Shown here piece by piece: positions 13,959 through 28,941 of a DNA stretch of 64,000 bases. Origin of the DNA: Rhizophagus irregularis (taxonomy: Eukaryota); the NCBI RefSeq assembly GCF_026210795.1, contig NC_089433.1, positions 3,286,001 through 3,350,000 of the forward strand, given 5' to 3'. The position numbers and the translations under genes are program-made. The notes beneath the pieces are model-generated. The model ran no database searches and was not told where the DNA came from. It worked only from the letters and a program-made list of their open reading frames with translations. How positions within the stretch are numbered: position 1 is the first letter of the stretch; every line of letters starts with the position of its first letter.

Positions 13959-15481
13959 TTTATTTGTTAATAATTCTGGGTGGGAAAAAAAAGTGCTCTA
14001 ATAGTTTTAATAGTTTTAAATAAATAAAATTTTATGAAATTAATTCCCTAATTTTTTTTTTTTTTTAAAAAAAATCCACATTATTTATAAGAGTCTCAAT
14101 CCCCTCTCAAAATATTAAATCAACAAATCTTAGTAACAATAACCATATCAAAATTATAAAAAAGTTTATTGAATCTAAATTTGTCGTTTAAGAATGAAAT
14201 CCGTAGTTTGTGTTTCTAATAAGGTTAATAATAATTAAATCTGGGAACAAAAACATTAATTCTGAATTTAGTAAATTTTGATTATTGAACAAATTATTAT
14301 GTGAATGTCATTTAATCATATTTGGCTAAAAAAAGATTTTTCTCGTTTCAGCCAACGATGACATACTAAATATGTAAAAAATTTGTGTTAATCATGTTAA
14401 TCATGTTAATCATGTTATTGTTAATATTCAGAATCAGGGGGAACAGAAAAAAAAAAAGTTATTTATAAATCATAAGTGTTATTATTCAATTGTTCAGCCG
14501 AATAGGGATTAAGAAAGAAATTGGCCTTCGAATGTACCAATAGTACGATACCGTCGATACCTTGTATATTACGAACTGTGATTATTTAAAAAAAAAATCA
14601 GGTGACTCAAATTGACAGAGGTCATACCTCTTCCGTACGAATTTGATTTTAACACACTTTTTTATATTATTTTAAGCCTCCAAAAGTGCTTCCAATAGTG
14701 CTTCCAATCTTCAAGAGCACATCACTGGTTTAACGTACTCCGTCCCCCTCTATTTTTTTAAAAAATCTAAACATGAAACAACATATAGTATGTTTAAATA
14801 CCCCCTAATTTAAATTGAATTTTCCCAAAATTTTCAAAGTTTTATAATGTATATTTCATTTAGTTTGTTTAAATGAAGACCCTCAAACTTTTCAGGAAAT
14901 CTGGACGTTAAACAAACGGAACGGCCTTATATTCAATTGAACATTATAGAATTTAATTACGCAAAAATGTAAATTTAATCGATTAAACGTATTTTTATTA
15001 CAAGCATTAACAAATAATATTTTTTTTCTGTGAGAAAGAGGTTAAACCATGAATTACGAATATTACTTTAAGATAATGTGTCAAAACAGTAGGTACAATT
15101 GTATATTACTGGGATATTAGATCTGAAATAAATGCGCAAGAAGCGCTAAAGTATCAATGTGTTAACCTAATGAGACAATAAACCAATCATATTGACTAAT
15201 TGTCAAAGAATTTAGTTCTGAATTGTAAAATAGAAATATAATACTATTCAATTGACCTTTGTAAATTTCAAATTACCTGTCGTGGATGACTAGTAAAGCG
15301 GCCCACATGACCTTTGGCGAAATATTTGCAGCAACCTTCTAATGGTCTAGTGTGTTTATCTAATCATCATCTGTTGTCACAACGAAAATCATGTGATTGT
15401 AAATCATCTGGAGTGTTAAGAAAACAATCCATCATTGATCAACGTAATTTTCTTCTCGGATTACGTATTTTGTACTTTTTG

Positions 15482-18400
15482 ATGATTTTTAGATTATTAA
15501 ATAGAAACAGACGTTTTGTTAATTCAATATCTTTCCCTTCTAACCTTGTAGCAACTTTAAACAGTTCATTTGTTTATAATTTATCGTAAGTATATAGATT
15601 TATTATTTATAATTTTTTTTTTCTCTCAACTTTTTTAATAAATTTTTTTTGTAAAATTTGAAATTAAAACTCCTTTAAATTTTAATATAATATTCTTCAT
15701 TTTATTATTTTTTAGGCAACATACTCCAGTTTTTGTTTTCTCAAACAGTTTTCGATTTCAAACAGTCTTCAACAATAAAGCAAGAACAATGGCAACATCA
15801 TCGTTTAATAACCTTCCACCAAATTTTACCATCTCATCAGATGGAAGTCATGCGGTATTATCAGTTCCCGTAGAAAAGTCTGATAATGATGAAAGATCTT
15901 ATAGACTTATTAGATTGAGTAATGAATTAGAAGCTTTACTTATTCACGACGCTAAAACTGATAAATCAAGTGCTGCTTTAGACGTTCATATTGGTAATTT
16001 ATGTGATCCGGTAAGAGATATTCAGAAATAAAAATTTTTCTAATAATGCTTCAAAATTTCTTGTTGAAAAAATTTCTTTTTTATAGGATGAATTATTAGG
16101 ACTTGCCCATTTTTGTGAACATTTGTTATTTATGGGAAGCGAAAAGTATCCAAAAGAAAATGAATACAGTGATTATTTATCAAAGCATAGTGGACATTCT
16201 AATGCTTACACTGCATCTGATTCCACAAATTATTATTTTGAAGTTGGACCTGAATATTTGGAAGGCGCTTTAGATAGATTCGCCCAATTTTTTATTGCGC
16301 CATTATTTGATCCTAGTTGTACTGACAGAGAAATTCGTGCAGTTGATTCTGGTATCTTTTTCATATCCGCTTCTTCATTTTCCTTTAGTTAGATAAAAAA
16401 TATTAACAAAACATTTCTCGACTTTAGAGAATAAGAAAAACCTACAATCAGATGATTGGAGATGTTATCAATTAGAAAAATCACTATCAAACCCCAATCA
16501 TCCTTATTGTCGTTTTGGTACAGGAAATTTAGTGACACTAAAAGAAAATCCAGAGAAACAAGGATTAAACATTAGAGATGAATTATTAAAATTTCATGAT
16601 AAATATTATTCCGCTAATATTATGAAATTAGTCGTACTTGGTAAAGAACCTTTAGATCAGCTTTCTCAATGGGTTATTGAGAAATTTTCTACTGTTAAAA
16701 ACAAAAGTATTCCGGTACCTACTTTTGAAGGTCATCCATTAACTAAAAACGAATTGATGGTAAGTATAAGGTCATAAAATAATTTTTTCTTCTTTTTTAA
16801 TTAATTTAAATAATTATATTTAAATTATAGAGGCAAGTTCTTGTTAAACCTGTGAGGGATATTCGTAGCTTAGAAATGACATTCCCATTTCCAGATCAAA
16901 GTTTACTATATCGCGTTCAGGTATGTAACAATGTTTTTTTTTTGCCACCAAGTAAAGAAATTTATTAATAATATATTGTAGCCTGGAAGATATTTATCTC
17001 ACTTAATTGGACATGAAGGAGTGGGTTCAATATTATCTTTACTGAAAAAGAAAGGTTGGGCAAATTATTTAAGTGCTGGTCCAAGCCATGGAGGAGTTGG
17101 CTTTGAATTTTTCAGAATTTCGATAGATCTTACTGAATCAGGTTTGGGTAAGGTATTTTTCTATTTATGAGGATTGATTTCTCGAGATAATGGTTTTTTT
17201 ACTAATTAATTTACTGGATTTTTATGTAGATAATCGTGAAAATGTAATTTTACATGTGTTTCAATATATTGAAATGTTGAAACAGATCGGAGTGCAAGAG
17301 TGGAGTTTTCGTGAAGTAAATTATATTTATTATGACTTCATTTAGTTTCTTCGAAATATTTTTAATCTGATCCTTAAATGCATTGACAGGTTGAAAAACT
17401 TAATGAAATTTCATTTAGGTTTAAAGAGAAATCATCACCATCACGATATGTTTCAAGGTTATCCAATACGATACAAACACCATATCCAAGAGAATGGGTT
17501 CTTAGTGGACCATATTTGATTAGAGAATATGATCCAAAATTAATTGAAGAATCTCTTGAATGGCTTCGCCCTGATAATTTCTTTCTTGAATTAGTTAGTC
17601 AAACTTTTACTGGATTAGATCAAAAAGAAAAATGGTATGGAACTGAATATAAAGTTGAACCTTTAAGTTATGGATTACTTCAGGTAGATTTAGATGTATA
17701 ATATATATTATAATATGTATAAAAAAAATTCATCTTTTTTATTTATTTATATAGGCTTTGAAGAATATTGAGTTAAACCCCGAATTAAAAATGACTTTAC
17801 CGAATGAATTTATTCCAACCAACTTTGAAACACACAAGACGGAAGTTGCAACGGTATGGTTACTTTAACGATAAATTTACGACATTATATTGATTAAGAA
17901 AATATTTTAATATTTCACCTTTATCAGCCTGCCAAGAGACCGAATTTAATCAATAATACTGTAACTAGCCGATTATGGCATAAAAAAGACGATACCTTTT
18001 GGGTACCAAAAGCTAACGTCTATTTTATATTGAAAAGGTTTTTCTTGTTTTTCTTAAATTTTTTTTTTCTTTTTGTCATATATCCTTTAAAATAGATGAT
18101 TTAATTCTAATCTCTTTCTCTCCTCGTAGCCCATTCTCTTACGTTACACCATTGAATAGTGTTAAGGCTCGATTATATGTAGATTTAATTAAGGATGCTT
18201 TAACAGAATATTCATATAATGCTGAAATTGCAGGGTTAAGTTATGATCTTTATACTCATTTTAATGGATTGTTATTAACAATCGATGGTTATAGTGACAA
18301 AATGCAAGTTTTATTAGAAAAAATATTGATTATAATGAAAAATTTTGAAGTGGATTCTGAAAGATTTTCATTAATCAAAGAATACCTTCAAAGAGATTAT

Positions 18401-19686
18401 AAAAATTCTTTATTAGATTCACCACATCAACATTCATCGTATTACTTTTTATATTTAACTCAAGAAAAAGTGTGGTCACATGAAGAAAAATTAGAAGTAT
18501 TAGATGATATTAAATTTGAAGATATAAAAATGTTTTATCCTGAATTGTTGAGTCAATTACATATAGAATCATTAATTCATGGTAATATATTAAAGGACGA
18601 TGCGATGAAAATGACTCAAAAAGTTGAAGAAATTCTTCAACCAAAAGCTCTTTTGCCATCACAATTAATTGGTTATAGATCTGCTATACTTCCATATGGG
18701 AAAAAATTCATTTATCAAAGAAATGTTTATGATACAGAAAATATTAATTCCGCTATTGATTATCATATTCAAGTTGATGGTTTAATGGAAGTAGAATCGA
18801 GGGCAAGATTAAGTTTATTGGCTCAAATCGCTGATGAGCCTTGTTTTAATCAATTAAGAACGAAGGAACAATTAGGTTAGTTGTCTTTTTTTTTTTCCTT
18901 ATAGAAAAGGATGATATTAATATTATTTGTTTGTTTATTTTAAGGTTATCTGGTCTTTAGCGGGATAAAAAAACAAGCATCAACTATGGGATTCAGAGTT
19001 ATTATACAAAGTGAAAAGGATACTGTTCATTTAGAAAATAGAGTTGAAGCTTTCTTAAATAGTTTACAGGTAATTACCTTTTTACTTTTTGTAAATTTTT
19101 TCTTTAAAATAAATTCGTCATTTTTTTTTTCTTTAAAATAAATTCATTTTTTTTTTAGAAAATAATCGAAGAGATGTCAGAGAAAGAATATCAAAACCAA
19201 GTTCAATCGTTAATTGTCAAGAGATTAGAAACCCCTAAGAATTTAGGTCAAGAAACTCAGAAATATTGGCAACATATTAGTTCCGGATATTATGAATTTG
19301 ATCGAGGTAACTCTCTTTGATTATTTTCCGGTGAATTATGTTTAATAATTTTTTTAAAAAATTGATTTCCCATTCTTCTCATTTCTTTAGATGATACAGA
19401 TGTAGAAGAAATACGTAAAATTACAAAACAAGATTTCTTGGAATTTTACAACAAATTTATTATTCCAAATTCATCAAATTTCAAAAAATTATCAGTACAT
19501 TTAAGATCACAAAAAAATTCACAATCAAAAACATCGGTAAATGATAAAGAAAATGAAACATTGGAATTAGAATTGAAAGAAGGAAATGAAATCATTGATG
19601 ATATAGTATTATGGAAAAGTCATATGAAATTGGGACCCGCACCTACCCCCGTTATAATGTTTAATGATTCAATTAGTAAATTATAG
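15482..19686 (+). CDS. Insulysin / Ste23-like M16A zinc metalloprotease (multi-exon)
   Basis: Inverted zincin [49 protein letters not shown]-terminal SKL. An upstream exon from ATG 15482 splices in frame to the Met at 15789. Confidence 0.93.
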
Positions 19687-21016
19687 AAGTGATATATCAT
19701 GTGAAAATTTTTAGATAAAAGAAAATTAATAAATATATTATATATATATATGTATTAATAATCAATAATCAATTTTAAATTCCAATAAATCACGTGATAA
19801 TTGGCGATATTAACACACTATTAACACGAAAATTTCATGCAATTTAAAGTGTAAAAAAGATCATACGATATATATTTTTTTTTTCACTGCACCATCGCCG
19901 CGACGCCGCCAACCCGCGGGAAAGTTGAAAATAAATATTTAGTGCTGAATTCGCCAAATTGGCGCACATAATGTGGCAAAATATTATGTGCGGCTTTACC
20001 GCATTAATGTAATTAATTAATAAGTAATATTATTAATATTGTTAAATATGGGTTCAAAATAATTTGTAGATATATAACAGGTTTCTTTTTTTAAGAAAAA
20101 TCGGAAAATTGAATTAACGAATTTTATTTGGTAAATTAAAAATATAAAAAAAATATTATTTTTCTTAATTTTAGAATTGTTTTTTTTTTGTTTTTTTTTT
20201 GACATGTGGGGTATTATGCGGAAATGCATTAAAAAAATATTTTTTGTGTTGCGCCAAATACTCAAAATGTGCGAAATGTGTGCGGCCGCACGTGCCGTAC
20301 ATTGAAATTCAACACTAGACCTGCAAGGCTGCACCCCGATAATACTTCAATGTAATTTAGTTCACAATGATATTCATGCATTGTAGTTTAGATTTTTTTG
20401 ATCATTCTATAATGATTCTATAATGATAATAATGATATAACAATCAATTTTATGCGGATTTAGTTGAATGAACCTTTTTATTTTATTTTATTTTTTTTTT
20501 GTTCTTCGGGTATATTAGAATAAATATAGTAAGTCATACAAGTAATAAAAAAAAAAAAAAAAATTTTATTACAATGACAATGAAAAAAGGACCAATCAAA
20601 AAAATTTTATATAATTATTTTTGTAGATTAAATAAAGATTAATAATTTTGATTATTTTTACTAATATTAGAAATATCCCTGACCATATAATTAAAGTATT
20701 TTACCCTTTGATAATTTTTTTTTTTTTTTTACCCCAATATATTACGTAAAAAAAAAAAAAAAAAAAATTTTTTTTTTAACCGAAAATAAATTTTTCGAAC
20801 CGGGAATTTCGATAATTATGGGACGTTCCCTACATTTTTTACTGGGTACCCGACTTTATTAAGAAAATGATAATCTCACCTGAAACTAATTTCATTAAGA
20901 TTTTTTTTTTTTTTTTTAAAAAAAGAAAATTAAACTCAAGCATTGCAGGTTTCGGTTTATTTATAATACAAATATTTATATGGCGTCTTCATTATGTATT
21001 GGATTAACTTCTTTTT

Positions 21017-21315
21017 TTACCTTTTTACCCTTTTACCCTTTAAAAAAATAAAAATAAAAAATAAAATAAAAAATAAAAAGGAAAAGAAATAAAATAAGAT
21101 AAAAAAAAAGGAAAAACGAATAGAATAGAAAAAACGAATAGAATAAAATAAAAAAGGAAAACCGAATAGAATAAAATAAAAAATAAAAAAAAATAAAAAA
21201 GAAAAAAAGAAAAAAAGGAAAAGAGAATAAAAAAATAGAATGAAGGAATAAAATAAATAAAAAAGGAAACAAGAATAAAACAAAATAAAATAAAATAAAA
21301 TAAAATAAAAAAGTA
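21017..21315. repeat. Purine-rich low-complexity (AAAAT/AAAAG) tract
   Basis: Almost only A, with scattered G/T; generates spurious Phe-rich ORFs on the minus strand. Confidence 0.8.
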
Positions 21316-24300
21316 TTTGGTAATAATATTATTAAAAAACATTTAATGAAAAAACATATTTATTTAAATGGAATCCTGCATCTTTTTTTTATTATATAAT
21401 ACATTTCGTAAACAAGAAAAACAATCCCCCCAAAAAAAAATTTTATGTATATATAATCATGACCATATATAATTAACTATTCGGAATTTTAGAATATATA
21501 ATGAAAGTTGGTTACACTTCTTTCTTTTATAATTTATTCGTTTCTTTCATAATATTGTTTTTTTATAAAATTTTTCATCCTTTAAAATCTTGTGATGATC
21601 TCCTCGGATTTTTTGATGGGTATTATATTATGATATTCATTTTGATTTCTGTAAAAAAGTTACCCGTGTGCATCAAAAAAGTCCCTGTCATTTTTCTTTT
21701 AAGACTAGTTTAAAAAAAAAAAAATTTATTTCAAAAAGTTTTTCAATAAAAACAAAATTAGTAAGATTAGAAAAAAATGAACTCTTTAAGAGGAAACAGT
21801 TCAATGAAATCTTACTTTGAACACGGCGTAAAAGAGTTTCATTGTCAAAAAAACAAAAACAAAAAAAAAAAAATATTTGGCTCGCTGACAATGTTTCATA
21901 AAAAAAAAAAAATTTCTTTATTGTCGGAGAGATCCCGGTTTAAAAAAACTTTAAAATATATATATATTTTTTTTTCATTGTACAAAAATATTTGTCATAA
22001 GATTATACGTGGGTTGAAGATTATAATTTTTTTTTCTTTATTTAAATAATTTGATTTTCAACATCAATTAAAAATAGTGAAATTAAAAAAAAAAAAAGAT
22101 TAAATAATTAATAAATTTTAATTTAACCTAAGAGATTAGGTTTTTCAACTTTATTACAAAGTTACGCTTTGTTTGGGAAATTGATCTAACCTTCTTAGGA
22201 CTTATAAAAAGTCTGTGCATTTTTCGATCATCACAACCTTTTTTTCGAAATAATTATTTAGGGAAGATTTTCCTTAAATAATAAAATCAATTTTTTTGGA
22301 TTCGATGTGAAAAAGAGAGAGAGTAAAAAAATAAAAATATAAATCGATAAATCGACATCGATATTACAAATTTACAAATTCTAATCGGAGATCGGAAATC
22401 GGGGATAAGTTTCAGTTAAATATCAATAAAATAATGCATTGTTCTTCATAGCTACACTAAACTACACTAAGAAAAGGTCATTTAACACGTGAAAAGAAAA
22501 TAATTCTTCATCATAGTATGAACAGTAAAGGTATGGTGTTAAATTAGTTTGAACTATATTAACCATATTAACCATGTTAACCAAATATGACTAAAACAAC
22601 TTTTTTGATTACAAAATAATATGCAACACACAATCGTATATTTAAATTTTTGATTTGTTAATCAAATAAATCCCGATAGAATCGATAGAATACAATAGAA
22701 CTTTCTATAGACAATTTAGATTAATAAAAATTCGATTATCTTTAAAAAATTTGCCCATTTTTTTTTTATACAATGAAAAAAAAAAATAAATTATTCCTCA
22801 TATTTTTGATTTATAATATTTTTACCCATTCTGCTCATTCAAGTTAGTTTGATCATGATTAGGTGACTGTAAGTAGCCATGTAACTGTGGTCAAATCTTC
22901 TCTTATTAACCATTTTAAAAATTAAATTACAATTATCGCCGTTTTCAATGGTATAGGCGTGTAGCCGTTTAGCCCCGGTATAATAAATATTACTGGTCGA
23001 TTGCTGGATTAATTGCTGGAAACAACGGATATCAACCCATCAACCGGACCAACGGGATAATATTTGTTAATTATATATATAGTAACATGGTGTTCATATA
23101 TTTGTGGTAATATCATATATATATATATATATATATGTTTATGGTATCAAAATTATAATATGCAATTAGATTTTAATAATAACTTTTTTTTTACGCGTAC
23201 CGCGCCACAAAAATTAAAAATTAACCGCGCCACAAAAGAAAAAAATAATAAAATAAAAAAAAGTGCAAAAAGTGCGGAATAATATGGAATTTTTTACATC
23301 GTGGTAATACCGTAATACAAAACATACCTCTTACTTTTTTTAATTTCATTTTGCATTTGTTTATTAAAAAAAAAAAACCTGTCAAATCTAAAAATTTATC
23401 TGAGATTAAATAATTTATGGGGTTTTGATTGAAACTAGGTCAAAATAAAATATAGTACATTCAATAACATTTCAGTTAAAATTCAAGTAATTGAAAAAAA
23501 AAAAATTGTATCCAATAAATTTCGAAGATTGATTATTTGTTTGATAAAATAATGGTCTTGTTTTGTAACCGGATTTTTTTTGGGTAGGACATGATTAAAA
23601 AAAAAAACAATTTAAAATAAATTAAGGAATTCTTTTAAGGATTTACTCGTGAATTTTACTGAATTAAGTGGAAAATGCAATAAACCTATATTAGGACAAA
23701 CATTATAAATCCAATTTTCGGATTCTGATACTGAAACAAGTAAAGAAAAGCCTCCAAGTACAGCATATCACTTATTTGGAACTAAGGCTTTTATTTATCT
23801 GCAAGTTCTGCAAGTTCAAAAGAATGCACACCTCCTAATATAACAATTGATTTTATCAGTCCTTCTAAATTAAAAATTATGCTATGCAAGTAAATAAATA
23901 AATATTAAGGATTTTTTTTTTTTCTTAAAAAAAAAAAAATTTTTTCTTTATTGATGCGAATTTTTAATATTAAAAAAAAATACCCTGGTTTTTTTGTTGC
24001 ATAATCTCCATTATTATTATTATTATTTTCGCGGTTCATGGTATTTCTTTTTTTTGTTGGTCCTTTAACTTTTTTTTTGGGATCGTCGAAACTAATACAA
24101 AAAAAAAAAAAAAAAAAATTTCGGAATTTTTTTTGGGTACGAAAAATTTTAAATTATGTAATAATAAAAATCTAAAATTAAAAGGCGAATTTTTCAGTTT
24201 TGGATTTTTTTTCTTCTTTTTTCTTTTTTAAATAAAAAAGTTTTATGGAAAAATGGATTCTTATTTTTAAAAAAAAAATTTTTTTTTTTCACATAAAAAA

Positions 24301-24769
24301 AACAAATAAATATAAAATAAATGATTGAATGTATTTTAATTCAAAATAGTTTAGAATATTTTTTTTTTTTTTTTTCTGGTTCTTTAAAAAAATAAACCAA
24401 ATTTTTTTTTTATACACTTTTCTTTTATTTCAATTTATTATATATATATTATATATATAATCTATTATTATTATTTTTTTATTATTAATTAAAAATAATT
24501 TCTTTTTTCTAAATTGGGATTACTGGAAAAATACAGTAAAAAAAAAAAACATTCCTGCATTATAAAAAATTATTTAAGTACAAAAAAAATGTTTTATTTT
24601 TCATTTTTTTTCTTTCCAATTTCGCGTGGTTATATCTTATTTCATCGGAATTTTTTTCATTCCCTCCCCACCTCCATTCCCCTCCTCTAGCCTTTTACCT
24701 TTTATAAATAAAAAAAGGTTCCTTGATATTTTTATTAAAGTCCTTAATTAAAAATAAAAAGAAATCATT

Positions 24770-25865
24770 ATGGAACATTCTGATGTAATCACGAACCACC
24801 AAAATTCAACATCGAAAGACTATAGTTACTTAAATTTACAAAGTGGTTTGTTTCGTTATATATGGACGACAGATTATTCTGCACCTTGCACTGAAATCCT
24901 TCAAAAAGATGGTGCTAAAGTTCTCGATGTTGGGTAAGACTAATACAAATAAATATGTAGAGTATATATATTCTCTCACTTCATTCTTTCTTATTCATTA
25001 AAAAACGTTTAATTTATAAATCTTTTATATTGAATTCAAAAAGATGTGGTACCGGCGTATGGGTAATAGATATGTCGAAAAACTATCCTTTATCTCACTT
25101 TATCGGAATCGACGATTTACTCATATTCCCTCAAGATCCTGAAGATTTAACCCCAAACTCCACATTTCTTCAATGCAGCTTGACTGGTCCTTTACCTTTC
25201 GAAGATAATTACTTTGATTATGTACATTGTAGAAACGCTCTTATGGATTTTAGTGTTACTGAATGGAAAGAAAAAATCATTCCGGAAATTATCAGAGTGA
25301 CAAAACCCAATGGCTTCGTTGAACATTGCGAAGTGGATGAGCATTACGTAAATGAAGGTCAAATTATGAGAGAAATTACGAATTCAAGTTAGTAATTTTT
25401 TATTTTATTATAAATATTATAAAGTAAATTTCAAACATTGTTGATTTATTTTATTATTAGTTACGAATTATAACACTTCTCGCAAAATTGATGGAATGAT
25501 CGGTGAAAAATTGGATGAGATTTTGTTAGAAACTGGAGAGTTATATAATATACATCATCAACAAAAATATAGCCCTATTGGAGGTGGATGGGGAGGTGAA
25601 TTCGGAAAACTGGTAAATTTTCCTTAAAAAAAAATCAATTTTTTTTTTGTAAATCACTTATTACTACTAATCATTTCTTCTTTTTTTTTTTTAGGCAATT
25701 GATATCTTTGCCGGAAAATGTCGTATCATGAGAACAGAGCTTGCTGAAGAAATGAATATTACGCCTCAAGAATTTGATGAGAAAATCCAAGCCTGTCTTA
25801 AAGAGGCAGAAACTACGAGAACCTATTTAAAATCTCATCGTGTATATGCCCAGAAACTAGCTTGA
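24770..25865 (+). CDS. Class I SAM-dependent methyltransferase (LaeA/Methyltransf_25-like), 4 exons
   Basis: Motif I KVLDVG|CGTGVW split by an intron; FIGID; LPFEDNYFDYVHCR; IIRVTKPNGFVE; PIGGGWGGEFG; ends VYAQKLA*. Confidence 0.88.
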
Positions 25866-27212
25866 ATCTCTATTTTTTTTTATATATTCTTTTTTTTTTC
25901 GAATAATAAAATAAAAATTCCAACTTTCTTTTCGTAGGAAAAAAAAATAATGAAATTATTATTATTATTTTTTTTTTCCTTTTATCGATTTTTTTTATTA
26001 AAGAAAAAAATATATATTTCGATTCGATCTATTTAGATTTTAAACATTTTTTTCTTTAATTGACGTAAATTTTTTTTTTTTCACCAAACACTTTTTAAGA
26101 AATTTACACAATATATAAGATATAAAAAAAAAATTATATGAACAATTTTATGGGAAATTTATCAATTCAACAAAAAAAATTTCGAGGGAGATAAAATGGA
26201 AATAATTACTTAATTATGATAAAAAAAAACACGTGTTTAAGAAAAATAAATGGTTTCTTGGATTAAAAACAATCACGGCTTTAAGACCCTTAAAAAAAAA
26301 ACAAAAAAAAAAAAATAATATTTAATTCACGTAATTATTTATCAATACAAAATTAATTGATCCATATCATGTATTGTAAGTGTCGTTTAACAAAAAGAAT
26401 AAAAGGTAAATAAAACTCGCTTATTTTTTCGAATTATTATAATAATTGTGAAGACAAAATTATAATAATTTGATATTACACGTTTTTAATATCCAATTCG
26501 ATATATGTATACTGTAAATTATATAATATATATATGTTCCATCTAATGATTTATCCGATATCTGATAATCATTTTATTAGATTTTACTATAGCGATCAGG
26601 TATACAAAAGATTCGCTTATGCGCTTATGCGGCTATTAATTTGTGGCTAGTTAAGTTCATAGCTTTTCTGTTTAGGTTATCCATTATTCATTATTGTGGC
26701 TAGTAATTGTAATTTCAAGTTATTTTATCGGATCGATAATTCGATATACTTGTTGTGTATATTTACAAATAACAAATTACAATAAATATACAAGCAATTA
26801 ACAAATAAACAAATAATTTTTAATTAGTGTCACTTTCATTATATATAAATTATAAAATATTTAAAATATGTAAAATATGATAATGAATTTTTTCATCTTT
26901 ATTTATTTAATATCTAATAATATTCTTTTAGCTATAAGATCATTAATGCGTAATACTGTAATGGATTATAATATAGTCCTACCATTCTTAACAAACGATA
27001 ATAATAATAATAATAATAATAAAATAAAAAGAAATTCTTATTTCTCATCTTTCTCATCTCTCGCGTTAATCCAAAACAACCAACTTTCTCTAAGCTTCCC
27101 TTATAATACATTCAATTGAAATTATCTAAATACGAGGATAAATATAAAAAAAATAATTTTCTTTCTTTTATTTAAATAACTATAAAATTTTTTTTTTTTA
27201 GATAAAATATAT

Positions 27213-28941
27213 CTATGTTTCACAATCTTTTTTTTGATCAACTTCTTTTTCCCCTATATTTAATGTAACGGAATCTCCGTTAATCGTCTTTCCAACTACA
27301 TTCACATTCTTACCTTCATCTTCCACCACACCATTTACACCATCTTTTATTTTTTCAATATTTTCATGATATCCATTCTGCCCATTTACACTCCTAAATG
27401 TCATATCTACTAACATACTATTATTTTCACTCTTTTCATTACTGTTTCCATTGACCATTTCAGCATAAATATCTAAATGTCCATTCACCGTATTATTTTG
27501 AATTTCATTCATTCCATTCGTATTTACTAATACGGTATTTGAGTCTACGTTCAAATTATTACCTGACATGTCATTCGGAATCTCTGCTTCCGCGAGATCG
27601 CCACCCAGACTTGCCATGAAGGAATCAAAATCCAAATTCATCCCATTACCTGATATTTTACTTGATTCTAATGAATCATACGTTCCAAATAATTCATCCA
27701 AATCCATGTTATCCATGTTATCCATATTTTCCATATTTTCCATATTTGCATCATTACCTTGCATGTTTACGTCCATTGTATTGAAATTCGGTAACATGTT
27801 ATCTAAATCGAAATTAATATCAATGTCCGATTGTCCAAATAACATTTTTGAATATTCTTCAACTGTTAAGGCATTACTGCCATCAACTTCGCTTGTTGTA
27901 TTAGCATTTAACAAACCATTTCCTGTTAAATAATTGGTAGTATTTGCTGATGATCCTTCAACGGTCGTAACTGGAAAATCATTCATATTAAATAATGATA
28001 TCAAGTCTTTCTCGGCAGCAGTAGTTGTAGCAGTGTCGTCAACGCCAGCATCAACATCAGCATCAGCACCTGAAGCTGTGATCGAAAATTTATTTTTTAT
28101 CGTATCGGTCGATAATCCATTGAATTGTGATGAATTTGGTTGTGATATATTTTTATTTGGTTGATCAACTTTTAACGTGACTCCTAAAGTCTTCAAGGTA
28201 ATAGTATTATTATTGTCCGAATTTGAAATGGTCTCTTCAGGAATAACCTTATTAAATGGGTTGAGAGGTTCTTCATTATTTGATAGAGTCAATGATTGTG
28301 TGATTGATCCTGCATTAATAGATTTTGGGTTCGTTGATAAGTTATTAGATTCAGTTGGTGACATCTCAATGTTCACATTTGGGAAAGATTCTGAATTAGG
28401 CAAATTAGAAATTTCTTTTTCTGATTGAGTTGATAATACTCCATTTGATTTAGTTTTTGATAATCTGATCGGATTTAGTAAAGATCCTTCGGTGCTTGAT
28501 GAATTATGAGATTTGCTTTTTGATTTTACAGATTTTGTCAAATTTAAGGTAGGTTTTGATGGTGTTTTTAAACTAAGAAATTTTTCGTCCAGCAGGCTCG
28601 ATGATGATGATGACGAAGGTGATGATGGTGATGATGGTGATAACGATGATGACGATGATGATGGTTCAGCAAAGCTATTAGTATTTACCAAAGAATCAAC
28701 TTTTATAATGTAGGGCGAAACATCATCAACATCGAACGGAAAAGGACACTAAAAAAGAATAAAAAATAATTTTAAATAATTTTTTTTTTAGAAAAAAAAT
28801 AATAAATTATAAGAAAAAAAAATGAAGACAATATACTTTTTTCTTCGCACATATCAGCATCTTCTCGGATAAACTAATATAACAATATTGAAGTTGTGTT
28901 GAACAATAAGGACAAGGATTTCTCTCGGTTTCAATTGACAT
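27213..28941 (-). CDS. Hypothetical protein: N-terminal Cys4 motif followed by a long Ser/Asn/Asp-rich disordered region
   Basis: Exon 1 MSIETERNPCPYCSTQLQYCYISLSEKMLICAKKK, intron, then CPFPFDVDD.. in frame with the 492-aa ORF. Confidence 0.75.

Noticed and set aside
21017..21342. Three Phe-rich ORFs
   Set aside because: Translations of a low-complexity A-rich tract.
27568..28713. Plus-strand ORFs opposite the 492-aa ORF
   Set aside because: Antisense shadows of a real coding frame.
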